NCBI GenBank assembly: GCA_963773405.1
Contig: CAVZAQ010000011.1
Span: 171,684 to 235,683, forward strand
Reading direction: 5' to 3'
Length of the DNA: 64,000 nucleotides
Source of the DNA: an uncultured Chloroflexia bacterium
GTDB taxonomy: Bacteria > Chloroflexota > Limnocylindria > QHBO01
Below the pieces are notes generated by a model that saw nothing but the letters and a program-made list of their open reading frames with translations, did not search any database and was not told where the DNA came from. The position numbers and the translations under genes are program-made. This document shows positions 10,334 through 19,896 of the stretch, one piece after another; position 1 is the stretch's first letter; every line of letters begins with the position of its first letter.

Positions 10334-10869
10334 TCTTCAACCCATCGCTCTCGGCGCAAGCCCAGGTCGAGCTCGCGCTGCGCCTCACCGTGGGCCTCGC
10401 CCTTGGCGCGCTCATCGGCTTCGAGCGGGAGCTCCACCGGCAGCCCGCCGGATTCCGGACCCACAGCCTCGTGGCGCTGGGCGCCGCGCTCTTCACCATC
10501 ATCTCCGCCTACGGCTTCGCCGGCGGCGCGACCGATCCGGGACGGATCGCGGCCCAGGTCGTCTCCGGCATCGGATTCATCGGCGCAGGCACCGTCCTCC
10601 AGTACCGAGGGCACATTCGGGGTCTCACCACCGCGGCCTCCCTCTGGGCGGTCGCCGCCATCGGGATGGCGACCGGAGCCGGCCTCTACGTGCTGGCCGT
10701 GGTCGGGACGCTGCTCATCCTCGTCGTGCTCGCGGTCCTGGACCGGGTGGAGGCGCTGGCCCGCCGACGCCTGGCCATCGGTCCCGACCGGTATGACATC
10801 GCCGAGGACAGGCGGCAGCACCAGGGGGCGCCATCCGACTCAGAAGGGGAAACGGAGGACATGCCATGA
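10324..10869 (+). CDS. MgtC/SapB family membrane protein
   Basis: 'LRLTVGLALGALIGFERELHRQPAGFRTHSLVALGAALFTIIS', 'AAQVVSGIGFIGAGTVL', 'GLTTAASLWAVAAIGMATGAG'. GTG 10324 overlaps the upstream stop. Its own stop overlaps the purC ATG (ATGA). Confidence 0.8.
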   Translation: MELIFNPSLSAQAQVELALRLTVGLALGALIGFERELHRQPAGFRTHSLVALGAALFTIISAYGFAGGATDPGRIAAQVVSGIGFIGAGTVLQYRGHIRGLTTAASLWAVAAIGMATGAGLYVLAVVGTLLILVVLAVLDRVEALARRRLAIGPDRYDIAEDRRQHQGAPSDSEGETEDMP

Positions 10870-11765
10870 CCATGCTCCGCTCGGCCGTGGATGGCCTGGA
10901 GCGCATCCACTCCGGCAAGGTGCGCGAGACGTACCGCGTCGACGACGAGCGGCTGCTGCTGGTTGCGACCGACCGGCTCTCAGCGTTCGACGTGGTCTTT
11001 GATCAGCCGATACCGGACAAGGGCCGGGTGCTCACCATGCTCTCCGCATACTGGTTCGGCCTGCTCGAGCCCCTTGGCCGCACGCACTTCATCTCGGCGG
11101 ACCCGGCCGACATGCCTCCCGGGGCGCGCACGCCGGAGCTGGCGGGGCGGACCATGATCGTCCGGCGCGCTGACCGGATCGACGCGGAGTGCGTCGTGCG
11201 CGGATACCTTGCCGGCTCCGGCTGGGCCGAGTACCAGCGCACGGGTTCGGTGGCCGGGCACCGGCTGCCGGCGGGGCTGCGCGAAGCGGACCGGCTGCCC
11301 GCACCGATCTTCACGCCGTCGACCAAGGCCGAGGTGGGGCACGACGAGACGATCACCCGCGAGCAGCTCGCCGATATGGTCGGAGCCGACCTGGCACGCC
11401 AGCTCGAGGAGCGGACCCTGGCGGAATACCGGGCCGGGGCGGAGCATGCCGAGGCGGTGGGCCTGATCCTGGCCGACACGAAGTTCGAGTTCGGCTGGAT
11501 CGATGGCGAGCTGGCCCTCATCGACGAGGTCCTGACGCCGGACTCGAGCCGCTTCTGGGATGTGGACCAGTACCACCCCGGGGCCAGCCCGCCCTCGTTC
11601 GACAAGCAGTTCGTGCGCGACTTCGTCGCGAACTCGGGCTGGAACAAGGAGCCGCCGGCGCCCACGCTCCCCGACGAGGTGATCCGCGGGACCCGGGACC
11701 GCTACGTGACTGCGTACGAGCGGATCACGGGCCGTCCGTGGCCGGCGGGGTCGGCGACCGACTGA
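10866..11765 (+). CDS. purC: phosphoribosylaminoimidazole-succinocarboxamide synthase
   Basis: 299 aa. 'HSGKVRETYRVDDERLLLVATDRLSAFDVV', 'ADTKFEFG', 'DEVLTPDSSRFW'. Confidence 0.95.
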   Translation: MTMLRSAVDGLERIHSGKVRETYRVDDERLLLVATDRLSAFDVVFDQPIPDKGRVLTMLSAYWFGLLEPLGRTHFISADPADMPPGARTPELAGRTMIVRRADRIDAECVVRGYLAGSGWAEYQRTGSVAGHRLPAGLREADRLPAPIFTPSTKAEVGHDETITREQLADMVGADLARQLEERTLAEYRAGAEHAEAVGLILADTKFEFGWIDGELALIDEVLTPDSSRFWDVDQYHPGASPPSFDKQFVRDFVANSGWNKEPPAPTLPDEVIRGTRDRYVTAYERITGRPWPAGSATD

Positions 11766-12047
11766 TGCAGTGGCTGGCGGAGGTCCACGTCCAGCTGCGG
11801 CCGGGGATCGCCGATCCGGAGGGAACCACCATCGCCGGCGGCCTGCGGTCGCTCGGCTTCGACGGCGTGCGAGACGTTCGCCACGGCAAGCTGCTGCAGG
11901 TCACCTTCGAGGCGGTCGATAGCGCGGCGCGCGCACGACGCGGTGGAGGCCATGTGCCGACGGCTCCTGGCGAACCCGGTGATGGAGGTCGCGACCTTCG
12001 ATCTGCGTGCGATCGGCGAGCTCGCGGAGGAGTCTCGCCTGGCATGA
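11765..12047 (+). pseudogene. purS: FGAM synthase subunit PurS, one +1 frame break (~11935)
   Basis: 'MQWLAEVHVQLRPGIADPEGTTIAGGLRSLGFDGVRDVRHGKLLQVTFEAVDSAA' continues in the next frame as 'AHDAVEAMCRRLLANPVMEVATFDLRAIGE...LA*'. The break lies in a gcgcgcgc run. TGATG overlap with purC and ATGA overlap with purQ. Confidence 0.8.
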
Positions 12048-12776
12048 GCGTGCCCCGCATCGCCGTGGTGGTCTTTCCCGGCACCTGGTCGGAGCGTGAC
12101 TTCATGGGGGTCGCCGAGCTGCTCGGCTGGGACGCGACGCTTGGTGTGGCACACGGAGACCTCGCTGGGCAACGCCGACGCGGTGGTCCTGCCGGGCGGG
12201 TTCGCGCACGGGGATCACCTGCGCACCGGCGCCATCGCCCGCTTCAGCCCCGTGATGGCGGCGGTGGACGCCTTCGCGGCCCGCGGTGGTCCGGTGATCG
12301 GGTCGTGCAACGGCTTCCAGATCCTGTGCGAGGCCGGCCTGCTCCCCGGCGTGCTGCTGCGCAACGACCACCTCGAGTTCCGCTGCGACTGGCAGTGGCT
12401 GCGCGTCGAGACGCCGGCCAGCTGCCCCGCGTGGCTCGGCTCCATCGCCGAAGGCGGCCTGATCCGGTTACCCATCTCCCACGGCGAGGGCCGTTACTTC
12501 GCGGATGACGTCACCCTCGACGAGCTCGAGGCGTCGGGACGCGTTGCGCTGCGCTACACGGACGCGGAGGGCCGCATCACGGCAGACGCGAATCCGAACG
12601 GCTCGGCGCGCGGCATCGCGGGCATCTCCAGTGAGCGCGGCAACGTGCTGGGGCTCATGCCGCATCCCGAGCGGGCGGCCGATCTCGAGCTGGGCGGAGC
12701 GGATGGGCTGGGGATCTTCCGCTCCCTCGCCGCCTGGCTCGTCGCGCAGCCGGCGGTCGCCGAGCGTCGGCTATGA
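12044..12776 (+). pseudogene. purQ: FGAM synthase glutaminase subunit PurQ, one +1 frame break (~12141)
   Basis: 'MSVPRIAVVVFPGTWSERDFMGVAELLGWDATL' joins 'VWHTETSLGNADAVVLPGGFAHGDHLR...GSCNGFQILCEAGLLPG...MPHPER' (ORF 12096..12776) if the extra t in 'cttg' is dropped. Confidence 0.85.
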
Positions 12777-12815
12777 TCGATCCGTCCTCGAGCGCGCTGA
12801 GCGGAGGCTAGCCAG

Positions 12816-13921
12816 ATGCAGAACGACGAGCGGGAACGCGAGCCCCAGAGCCCGCAGCCGGAGGCCGGCGACGATGCCGATGACCAGCGATCCGCCGAAG
12901 AGTTCGAAACGGTGCCACCCGGCGCAGTGAACCCGGAGCCAGAGTCGGCGACCGGCCGACTGGCCGGCCGCCGAGCCGATCCCGGCCGGCGCGGACCTTG
13001 CGCCCTCCGCGTTCGGGGAGCCCGACGCCGAGCCGGCCGCCGGACCGCCGCCCAGCGAGGCGGAGGCCTACGCCAAACCCGCGATCTCCGAGCCGGCAGA
13101 CCCGTCCACCACGGCCGCGCATTCCGTTCCGGCCACGCCCGCCGGTCGGGGAGAGCACCCAGTGCCCGCGCTGCGGCACCGAGAACCGGCCGGGAGTCGC
13201 GTTCTGCCGCAGCTGCGGGCAGCGGCTCGTGGCGGCCGGCGTGGCGACCACGGTGCAGCGCCCCGGCGCTCCGGAGGGCACCCAGCAGTGTCCGCGCTGC
13301 GGCACGCACAACCGCGCTGGGGTGGCCTTCTGCCAGAACTGCGGAGCGAACCTGCGTGTCACGCCGGCTCCCGCGCCCGGCTTCGTTCCACCATCGGCGG
13401 CGACACCGGCCGAAGGTGTGCCCGCGGAGGGGCGTGCGGCTCCGCGCGGCGGCGCGATGCTGGGGCCAATTGTCCTCATCGTGGCCGCTGCGGGCCTGAT
13501 CACCGCGTGGCTGCTGCCGTTCGCGTATGGCGGCGGTTCCCTCTGGGATCGCAGCTTCGGCGCGCCGGGTGGCTACGGCATCGCATTCTGGAGCGCGTAC
13601 GGGAGCACGGGCGGAGGATTCGCCGACAAGGCCTACTTCGGGTCCGCGGCAGCGGCGCCCATCCTCGTCGCGGTGCTCGTGGTCCTCGCGGTCGCCGGCT
13701 TCCTGCGCGCGGCCCCCGGCCAGCTGCAGCGCGCCGGCCTGGTCATCGCGATCCTCTGGGCCCTGGCCCTGGTGGTTCTCTTCGCGATCGTCGAGGTGGC
13801 CGGCGGCTGGAATGGCGATCTCGTGGAGCTGCTGCGCGGCATGACGCCCGGCGGAATCATCTTCCTGCTCGCGTCGCTGATCGTCCTGATCGGCAGCCTC
13901 ACCCGGCTGGCGAGGACCTGA
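12816..13921 (+). pseudogene. double zinc-ribbon / 4-TM membrane protein, paralog A (probably two +1 frame breaks in the N-terminal linker)
   Basis: Two CxxC...CxxC ribbons ('CPRCGTENRPGVAFCRSCG', 'CPRCGTHNRAGVAFCQNCG') are followed by a 4-TM domain ('LLPFAYGG', '[14 protein letters not shown]'). ATG 12816 has a GGAGG Shine-Dalgarno (SD) motif. The acidic/Pro-rich linker has its best GC3 bias in a third frame, implying breaks near 12985 and 13150. The minimal intact ORF is 12998..13921. Confidence 0.55.
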
Positions 13922-13925
13922 CCAG

Positions 13926-14793
13926 ATGACACGTATCTGCGCGCACTGCGGCACCGAAGCCGATGGCGACGCCCTCTTCTGCCCGACCTGCGGGCAGCCT
14001 TTCGAGGCGGGTGTCCAGCCGGAGCTCCCGCCCGCGCCCGATTGGCCAGAGCCGCCGTCACCCCTTCCCGCCGAGGACGACCAGGAGCCCGCCGCGGTGG
14101 CGGTCCCGCCCGCGTTCGAACCGCCCGCGACCGAACCGCGCGCCGCAGAACCTCCGCCGGTCTTCCCGCCCGCGGCGGAGGAAGGATCCGATGTGCCGCC
14201 GGAAGCGCAGACCACCCATGCCTGGGAGCGCCTGGTGAGCGAGGAGCCCGTCCCGCCATGGCGACGGGGTGCCGCCCACCGTGCCTCCGAGCCGGAGGCG
14301 GGCGGCCGCGACTCGTCGGACGAGCCCGCGCCGCGCGCCGGCCAACGACCCGCGCAGCCGGCGGCCGCTCCGCAGCCGGGGACCACTCCCCCGGAGGGAG
14401 CCATCTTCTCCGTCCCGGTCCTGCTCTCCGACTGGCTGGTCGGGGGCGGTGCCCTCGTCGGGCTGGTGTCCATGTTCCTGCCCTGGGCGCTTGGCGGGCG
14501 CTACACGAGCGGATGGGGCCTGGCCAGTGGCGTCAACGTGCTGGTCAGCATCGTCCTGCTCGGTGCCCTGGCGGTCGTATTCCTGGCGCAGCTCCTGCCC
14601 CGCATCCCGCAGCGCAGCCTGATCCTCATGTCGGTCGGGCTGGTCGGGACGGGGATCGGCCTGGATCGGCTGGGGCTTCCCTTGACGGGGGTCGGGAGCA
14701 TCCTCTTCCTCATCGCGTCGCTGGCCATGCGTGGCCGGCGGCGCCATCGCGCAGCTCGGCCTGGACCGGGCGGTCGGAGGGCCGCAGGCCTGA
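13926..14793 (+). pseudogene. zinc-ribbon / 4-TM membrane protein, paralog B (one +1 break ~14730; otherwise reads through into purL)
   Basis: '[26 protein letters not shown]' is followed by a Pro-rich linker and a TM domain ('[11 protein letters not shown]', '[12 protein letters not shown]'). After removing c 14730 the frame ends '[20 protein letters not shown]' at TGA 14791-14793. It starts 4 nt after paralog A. Confidence 0.55.
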
Positions 14794-14839
14794 CGACGAC
14801 CCCGCGCCCGAGGTCCACGGCGACGGCCCCGCCCGTCCC

Positions 14840-17049
14840 GGATGAGCGCCACGGCCTGACCGCGGACGAGTACCGCGCGGTGGTGCGGCTCATCGGCCGC
14901 GAGCCCAACCCTGTCGAGCTGGGCATGTTCGGGGCCATGTGGAGCGAGCACTGCGCCTACAAGCATTCGCGGGCCCTGCTGGGCTCGCTGCCCACCACCG
15001 GTGAACGGGTCCTGGTGGGGCCGGGCGAGAATGCCGGGGCGCTCGACATCGGCGACGGGCTGGCCGTGGTCTTCAAGGTCGAGTCGCACAACCATCCGAG
15101 CGCCGTCGAGCCATACCAGGGGGCGGCGACCGGGGTCGGCGGGATCATTCGCGACATCTTCACCATGGGCGCCCGCCCGATCGCGCTCCTCAACGGCCTG
15201 CGCTTCGGCCCGCTCGATCCGGCCGACGACGCCTCCGGCCGGACCGATCCGGCGACCGCCACCCGCAACCGCTATCTGCTGGGTGGGGTCGTGGGCGGGA
15301 TCGCCGGGTACGGGAACTGCATCGGCATTCCCGATGTTGGCGGCGAGCTCTTCTTCGACGCCAGCTACAGCGGCAACCCGCTGGTGAACGCCCTCTGCCT
15401 GGGCGTTGCCCGTCACGACGAGATCACCCTGGCCCGCGCCGGCGGTCCGGGAAACGCCCTCCTCCTGGTGGGGTCGGACACCGGCCGTGACGGGATCGCC
15501 GGTGCCAGCTTCGCGAGCGCCACACTGGGTGACGATCGCGATGAGCGTCGCCCGGCCGTGCAGGTCGGCAATCCGTTCCTGGAGAAGCTCCTCATGGAGG
15601 CCTGCCTCGAGCTGTCTCGCAGCGACGCGGTGGTGGCGATGCAGGACCTGGGAGCGGCCGGCCTCACCTGCGCCCTGGCCGAGGTGAGTGCTCGCGGCGG
15701 ATGCGGCGCCGATGTCGACCTGGATCTCGTCCCGCGCCGCGAGGAGGGGATGACCCCCTACGAGGTCCTGCTCTCCGAGTCGCAGGAGCGGATGCTGGTC
15801 GTGGTGCGCGCCGGCCGCGAGGCGGAGGTCCAGGCAGTCTTCGCGAAGTACGACCTGCACGCGGTGACGATCGGACGGGTGATCGCCGAGCCGGTGGTGC
15901 GCGCGCGCGCCGGTGGCGAGGCGGTCTGCGCCGTCTCAGGCGCCGCGCTCGCCGACGAGGCGCCGCGCTACGTCCTGCCGGCGGCGCCCCCGGCGGGGCT
16001 CGCGGCGCGGCGGGCGCAGGAGCTCGAACCGCTGGCGTCCGCGCCGCCCGATCCCGCCACGCTCCTGGAGCTGCTCGGCGGAGCGAACGCTGCGGAGCCG
16101 CAAGTCGATATGGCGTCGCTACGACCACATGAACGGCACGAACACGCTGGTGGGGCCGGGCGCCGGTGACGCGGCCCTGTTGCGGATCAAGGGGACGGCG
16201 CGGGCAATCGCCGTCTCCCTGGACGGCCCGGGTCGCATCGGTGCGCTCGACCCGCGGCTCGCCGCCATCTCGGCGGTGCTCGAAGGGGCGGCGAACGTCG
16301 CCTGCTCGGGCGCGGTTCCGATTGGCGTGACGAACTGCCTGAACCTGGGCTCACCCGAGCCACCGGCAGGCTACTGGAGCCTGTCGGAGACCGTTGCCGG
16401 GCTGGGCGATGCCTGCCGTGCCCTGGACCTGCCCATCGTCTCGGGCAACGTGTCGCTCTACAACGAGACGCCCGACGGACCCATCGTCCCGGCCCCCGTG
16501 GTCGGCATGGTGGGCCTGCTGGACGACCGGACGCGCGCGGTTCCCATGCGCTGGGCGGAGGGCGACGAGATCTGGCTCATCGGCGCGCCGGCATGGGACC
16601 CGGCCGCACTCGCCGCTTCGGAGCTTGCGTGGCGACGCGGCATCTTCGGAGGCCGACCGGCCCTGGACCTCGAGGCCGCGGTTCGCTCGATCCGCCTCCT
16701 CGGCCGGTTGACGGCATCTCGGCTGGTCACCGGCGCTCACGACCTCTCGACCGGCGGGCTGGCGGTCGCGCTGGCGCGCATGGCGATCGCGTCTGCGACC
16801 GGTGCCCGGATCGCGCTGCCATCCGCGGCGACCGCATTCCCGCAGGCGGCGCTCCACGGAGAGCGCGCCGGACGGATCCTGATCGCGACCCGCTCGGGGG
16901 ATGCCGTCGGGATCGCGGCGCGAGAGGCGGACGTCGGGGCGGTGCGCCTGGGCCGCGCCGCCGGGGCGGCGCTGGTCGTCGAGGTGGGTGATGCCTCGCT
17001 GCGCTGGTCCGTGGCACAGCTGACGGAGACCTGGCAGCAGGACTTCTGA
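14840..17049 (+). pseudogene. purL: FGAM synthase large subunit PurL, frame-disrupted (~16094; start region uncertain)
   Basis: '[39 protein letters not shown]', '[22 protein letters not shown]' and '[11 protein letters not shown]' lie in the frame of 13926..16169. After ~16094 the sequence continues in ORF 15913..17049 ('[19 protein letters not shown]...'). There is no canonical in-frame start. ATG 14840 lies in the neighbouring frame, and one missing c would give '[11 protein letters not shown]'. Confidence 0.85.
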
Positions 17050-17058
17050 ACCGAACGC

Positions 17059-17832
17059 TCAGCGCCTCCCCGGTCGATCCGGCCGGTCGCCGTCCGGCTG
17101 ATCTGTCTCGGGTCCGTGGCCAGCGCCCGCGTGTCGCCGGCTCGGCGGGGGCACGTCGGGCCCCAGCCCCATCGAGCGCAGGATCGGATCGTCGGCGGCG
17201 CTCAGGCGGGACCGACGGGCGGCGCGCGCAAGGATCCCTGCAGGATCGTCGGGATCAACGGGGTGTCCGGCTTCGCTCGACCGGGGCCGCGTTCCCACGC
17301 CGCTCACGGATCCGGCCGTGACCGGAGATTTTCCTCGTTCCCGGGTCCCGAGGATCATGAGGAGCATGCCCATGCTGGCCACCACGCCGACCAGGGTGAG
17401 CAGCATCGTCCGCGAAAGGCCGTCCTGAGGCGGGGCGACCGACGCGGAGGGAGGGACCGATGCCTCAGCGACGGAAGCGCTTTCCATGGGGGCTGCGACC
17501 GAGGCGGCCGCTGGCAGCTCTTCCGACGCGGCCGCCGCGTCGCCTCGGGGTGGTGACGCGACCGCGCGCGCCACGGGGGCGCTCGAAGCGCTGGTGGCGT
17601 CAACGACGGATGCGGTGCGGGCCAGGGGCGTTGGGGTTGCCAGTGACGCTACGGGTGGGGCATCGGCCGCGGGCGTTGCGCTCGGGGCGGGGACGCCCTC
17701 CGCTCCCGATGGTTCCGGCTCCACGACCAGGTTCGTGGACGGTTTCGGTGTGGCCGCGGACACCGCGAGCGGCGCCCAGCCGAGCGCCGCGATGATGGCG
17801 AGGAGGAGGACCGCGACCGGACGACGCGTCAT
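17059..17832 (-). CDS. hypothetical secreted/single-pass membrane protein, Ala/Pro/Ser-rich
   Basis: 257 aa. Signal-like N-terminus 'MTRRPVAVLLLAIIAALGWAPLAVSA', a low-complexity ectodomain, one TM ('MLLTLVGVVASMGMLLMILG') and a charged tail. The start overlaps the stop of the upstream GGDEF gene. Confidence 0.5.
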   Translation of the reverse strand: MTRRPVAVLLLAIIAALGWAPLAVSAATPKPSTNLVVEPEPSGAEGVPAPSATPAADAPPVASLATPTPLARTASVVDATSASSAPVARAVASPPRGDAAAASEELPAAASVAAPMESASVAEASVPPSASVAPPQDGLSRTMLLTLVGVVASMGMLLMILGTRERGKSPVTAGSVSGVGTRPRSSEAGHPVDPDDPAGILARAARRSRLSAADDPILRSMGLGPDVPPPSRRHAGAGHGPETDQPDGDRPDRPGRR

Positions 17833-19550
17833 CCGGCTGCCTCACGCACATTAGGCGCGCGACTCCTTGCGCGCTTTGGTCGGAGCGGCCGCACGGCTGG
17901 CTTGCGCTTGCTGGGGTCGCCGGGTGACGCGCCGGGATCGTCGTCATGCTCGTGCGGATGGTCGTGATCGAGCCGTTCGATGCCGAGCATCCGCGCGGCG
18001 GCCAGCGGATCGAGTCGTTCGAGCCCGCCGCGCGCGCGCTCGTGGAGGCGGTACACCTCGTCGAGGCCGTCGGGCGGGACGCCCTCCGCGAACAGTCCGC
18101 AGAACGTGTCGACCACCTCCGGGTCGAACTGCGTGCCGGCATGCCGGCGCAGCTCATCAAGTGCCTCGGTGTGGGTGAGCGCGCCCTTGTACGGGCGCTT
18201 GTGGACCATGGCGTGATAGGCGTCGGCCACGGCCACGATGCGAGCGCCGAGCGGGATCTCCTGGCCGCGCAGGCCGTGCGGGTAGCCCGTACCGTTGAAT
18301 CGCTCGTGGTGATGCAGGACGACCGGGATCGCCTCGCGCAGCCCCGTTGCCTGCTCGAGGATGACCTGGCCGATGCGCGGGTGCTCACCGATGGCCTGCC
18401 ACTCGCCGCTCGACAGGGTGGATGCCTTGTCCAGGATCTCCGGAGGAACCGCCAGCTTGCCGAGATCGTGGAGCAGGGCGGCGATGCGAATCCGCTCGAT
18501 CTCCTCGCGGGGGAGGCCCAGCTCCATGGCGATCCCCGTCGCGAGGGAGGCGATCATGTCGGACGGGCGCCCGCGGTGATGCGGCTGCGGGGCCAACACG
18601 GAGGCGAGCGCCTCAGTGGCCGTGTCGTTCGCCCACTGCCCAATGGCGGCGGCTGCGGTGCGCCGATCCGCCGAGATTGGTGCGCGACGGACGGGCGCGT
18701 TCTCGTCGAGTTCGCGGTAGCGGTAGGTCTGGTTGCGGCCGAGCGACTTGGCGGCGTACATCGCCGCATCGGCCTGGTCGACCAGCGCGTCGACCTGCAG
18801 CACGCTCCCGCGCCCGCCGGCGACGCCGATGCTGATGGTGACGTTGATCTGCTGCTCGTGGGCGATGACGAGGGGCGTCTGCGCGACCAGGTTGCGGACC
18901 CGCTCGGCCATCTCGACCGCCTCGTCGGGCATCGTTTCGGGGAGGATCAGCATGAACTCCTCGCCGCCGTAGCGGCCGAAGAGGTCGGAGGGGCGGACGT
19001 TGTCGGCAATGATGGCCGCCACCTGGCGCAGGACGGCGTCGCCGCTGTTGTGGCCGTAGCCGTCGTTGACCGGCTTGAACCGATCGAGGTCAATGAAGGC
19101 GAGCGAGAGCGGCTTGTAGTGGCGCACCGCGCGCTCGACCTCGGTGACGAGCGTGGTGAGCAGGGTCTCGCGGTTGGCGACACCGGTGAGCCGGTCGTGC
19201 GTGGCCCGCGCCGCGACCTGGAGGAAGGCCCCGGTGGCCGCGTTGAGCGCGCGCGCCAGCCGGCGTTCGGCTGGAATCCCGCCCTCGCGGAGCACGACGG
19301 GGACGTCCTCGGTGAGGGTCGTCTCGAGGGCCCGCGCGATCCGGTTCAGCCGCCACCCCACGTAGCTCCAGGCAGCGAGAGCCATGGAGGTTGCGCCGGC
19401 GACCGCCGCGACCGCCACGATGGCGTAGATGAAGGTGCGGGATACGCCGCCTGATCCGCCCTCGGTTGCCGTGGTGACCAGCACCACGGTGGCGCACAGC
19501 GCAACGGCCAGGGGCGCCAGAAAGCCGAGTGCTCGAACCAGTCGGAGCAT
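17829..19550 (-). CDS. membrane-bound diguanylate cyclase (GGDEF) / HD-GYP phosphodiesterase hybrid
   Basis: Two N-terminal TM segments plus a HAMP-like linker. GGDEF domain: 'LTGVANRE', 'FIDLDRFKPVNDGYGH', I-site 'RPSD' five residues before 'GGEEF'. HD-GYP domain: 'ALLHDLGK', 'HHERFNGTGYPHGL'. Start chosen at ATG 19550 ('MLRLVRALGFLAPL'); the listed ORF runs to 19796. Confidence 0.85.
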   Translation of the reverse strand: MLRLVRALGFLAPLAVALCATVVLVTTATEGGSGGVSRTFIYAIVAVAAVAGATSMALAAWSYVGWRLNRIARALETTLTEDVPVVLREGGIPAERRLARALNAATGAFLQVAARATHDRLTGVANRETLLTTLVTEVERAVRHYKPLSLAFIDLDRFKPVNDGYGHNSGDAVLRQVAAIIADNVRPSDLFGRYGGEEFMLILPETMPDEAVEMAERVRNLVAQTPLVIAHEQQINVTISIGVAGGRGSVLQVDALVDQADAAMYAAKSLGRNQTYRYRELDENAPVRRAPISADRRTAAAAIGQWANDTATEALASVLAPQPHHRGRPSDMIASLATGIAMELGLPREEIERIRIAALLHDLGKLAVPPEILDKASTLSSGEWQAIGEHPRIGQVILEQATGLREAIPVVLHHHERFNGTGYPHGLRGQEIPLGARIVAVADAYHAMVHKRPYKGALTHTEALDELRRHAGTQFDPEVVDTFCGLFAEGVPPDGLDEVYRLHERARGGLERLDPLAAARMLGIERLDHDHPHEHDDDPGASPGDPSKRKPAVRPLRPKRARSRAPNVREAAG

Positions 19551-19835
19551 TGCGTCCTCGTGTCTGGAGGGATGCGTTCGGGGAGTTTCTCTTTGGCGCA
19601 GCATCCCCCGCAGGTCGCGTCGCCGCCATGGCCCGATGGTCAGGAGTTGCCGCAGGGCACCGAGCCGGAATCGCGGCATCAGGCGCCAGTGGGGTTGGAT
19701 GCAGTACTTCGCCGGTACCTCTGGTCGATGCGGGAACGCAGAGCCGGTAGGGACGTGCTCCGGTCGCGACCGCGATCGGTCGGGTCCGGGTATCATGCCA
19801 AGCGTGCCCCGACCCTTGAGCGGACAGTGACCGTC

Positions 19836-19863
19836 GTGCGACGGAGTGGTCCGCCCGTCGCAC
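19836..19863 (+). promoter_or_regulatory. perfect 9-bp-stem hairpin in the purF leader, competing with an upstream CCGTCG-tg-CGACGG hairpin
   Basis: GTGCGACGG (19836-19844), a 10-nt loop, then CCGTCGCAC (19855-19863). The 5' arm also pairs with CCGTCG at 19831-19836, so the two structures are mutually exclusive. Function is unproven. Confidence 0.3.
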
Positions 19864-19896
19864 CATCCGCGACCCGTCGGCTACCCAGCGCCCCTC

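Noticed and set aside
13926-16169. 747-aa ORF as a natural zinc-ribbon/membrane-PurL fusion protein.
   Set aside because: The neighbouring frame closes the membrane protein with a plausible C-terminus at 14793 if one base is removed. PurL homology begins only at ~14850, and the linking peptide is Arg/Pro-rich out-of-frame-looking sequence.
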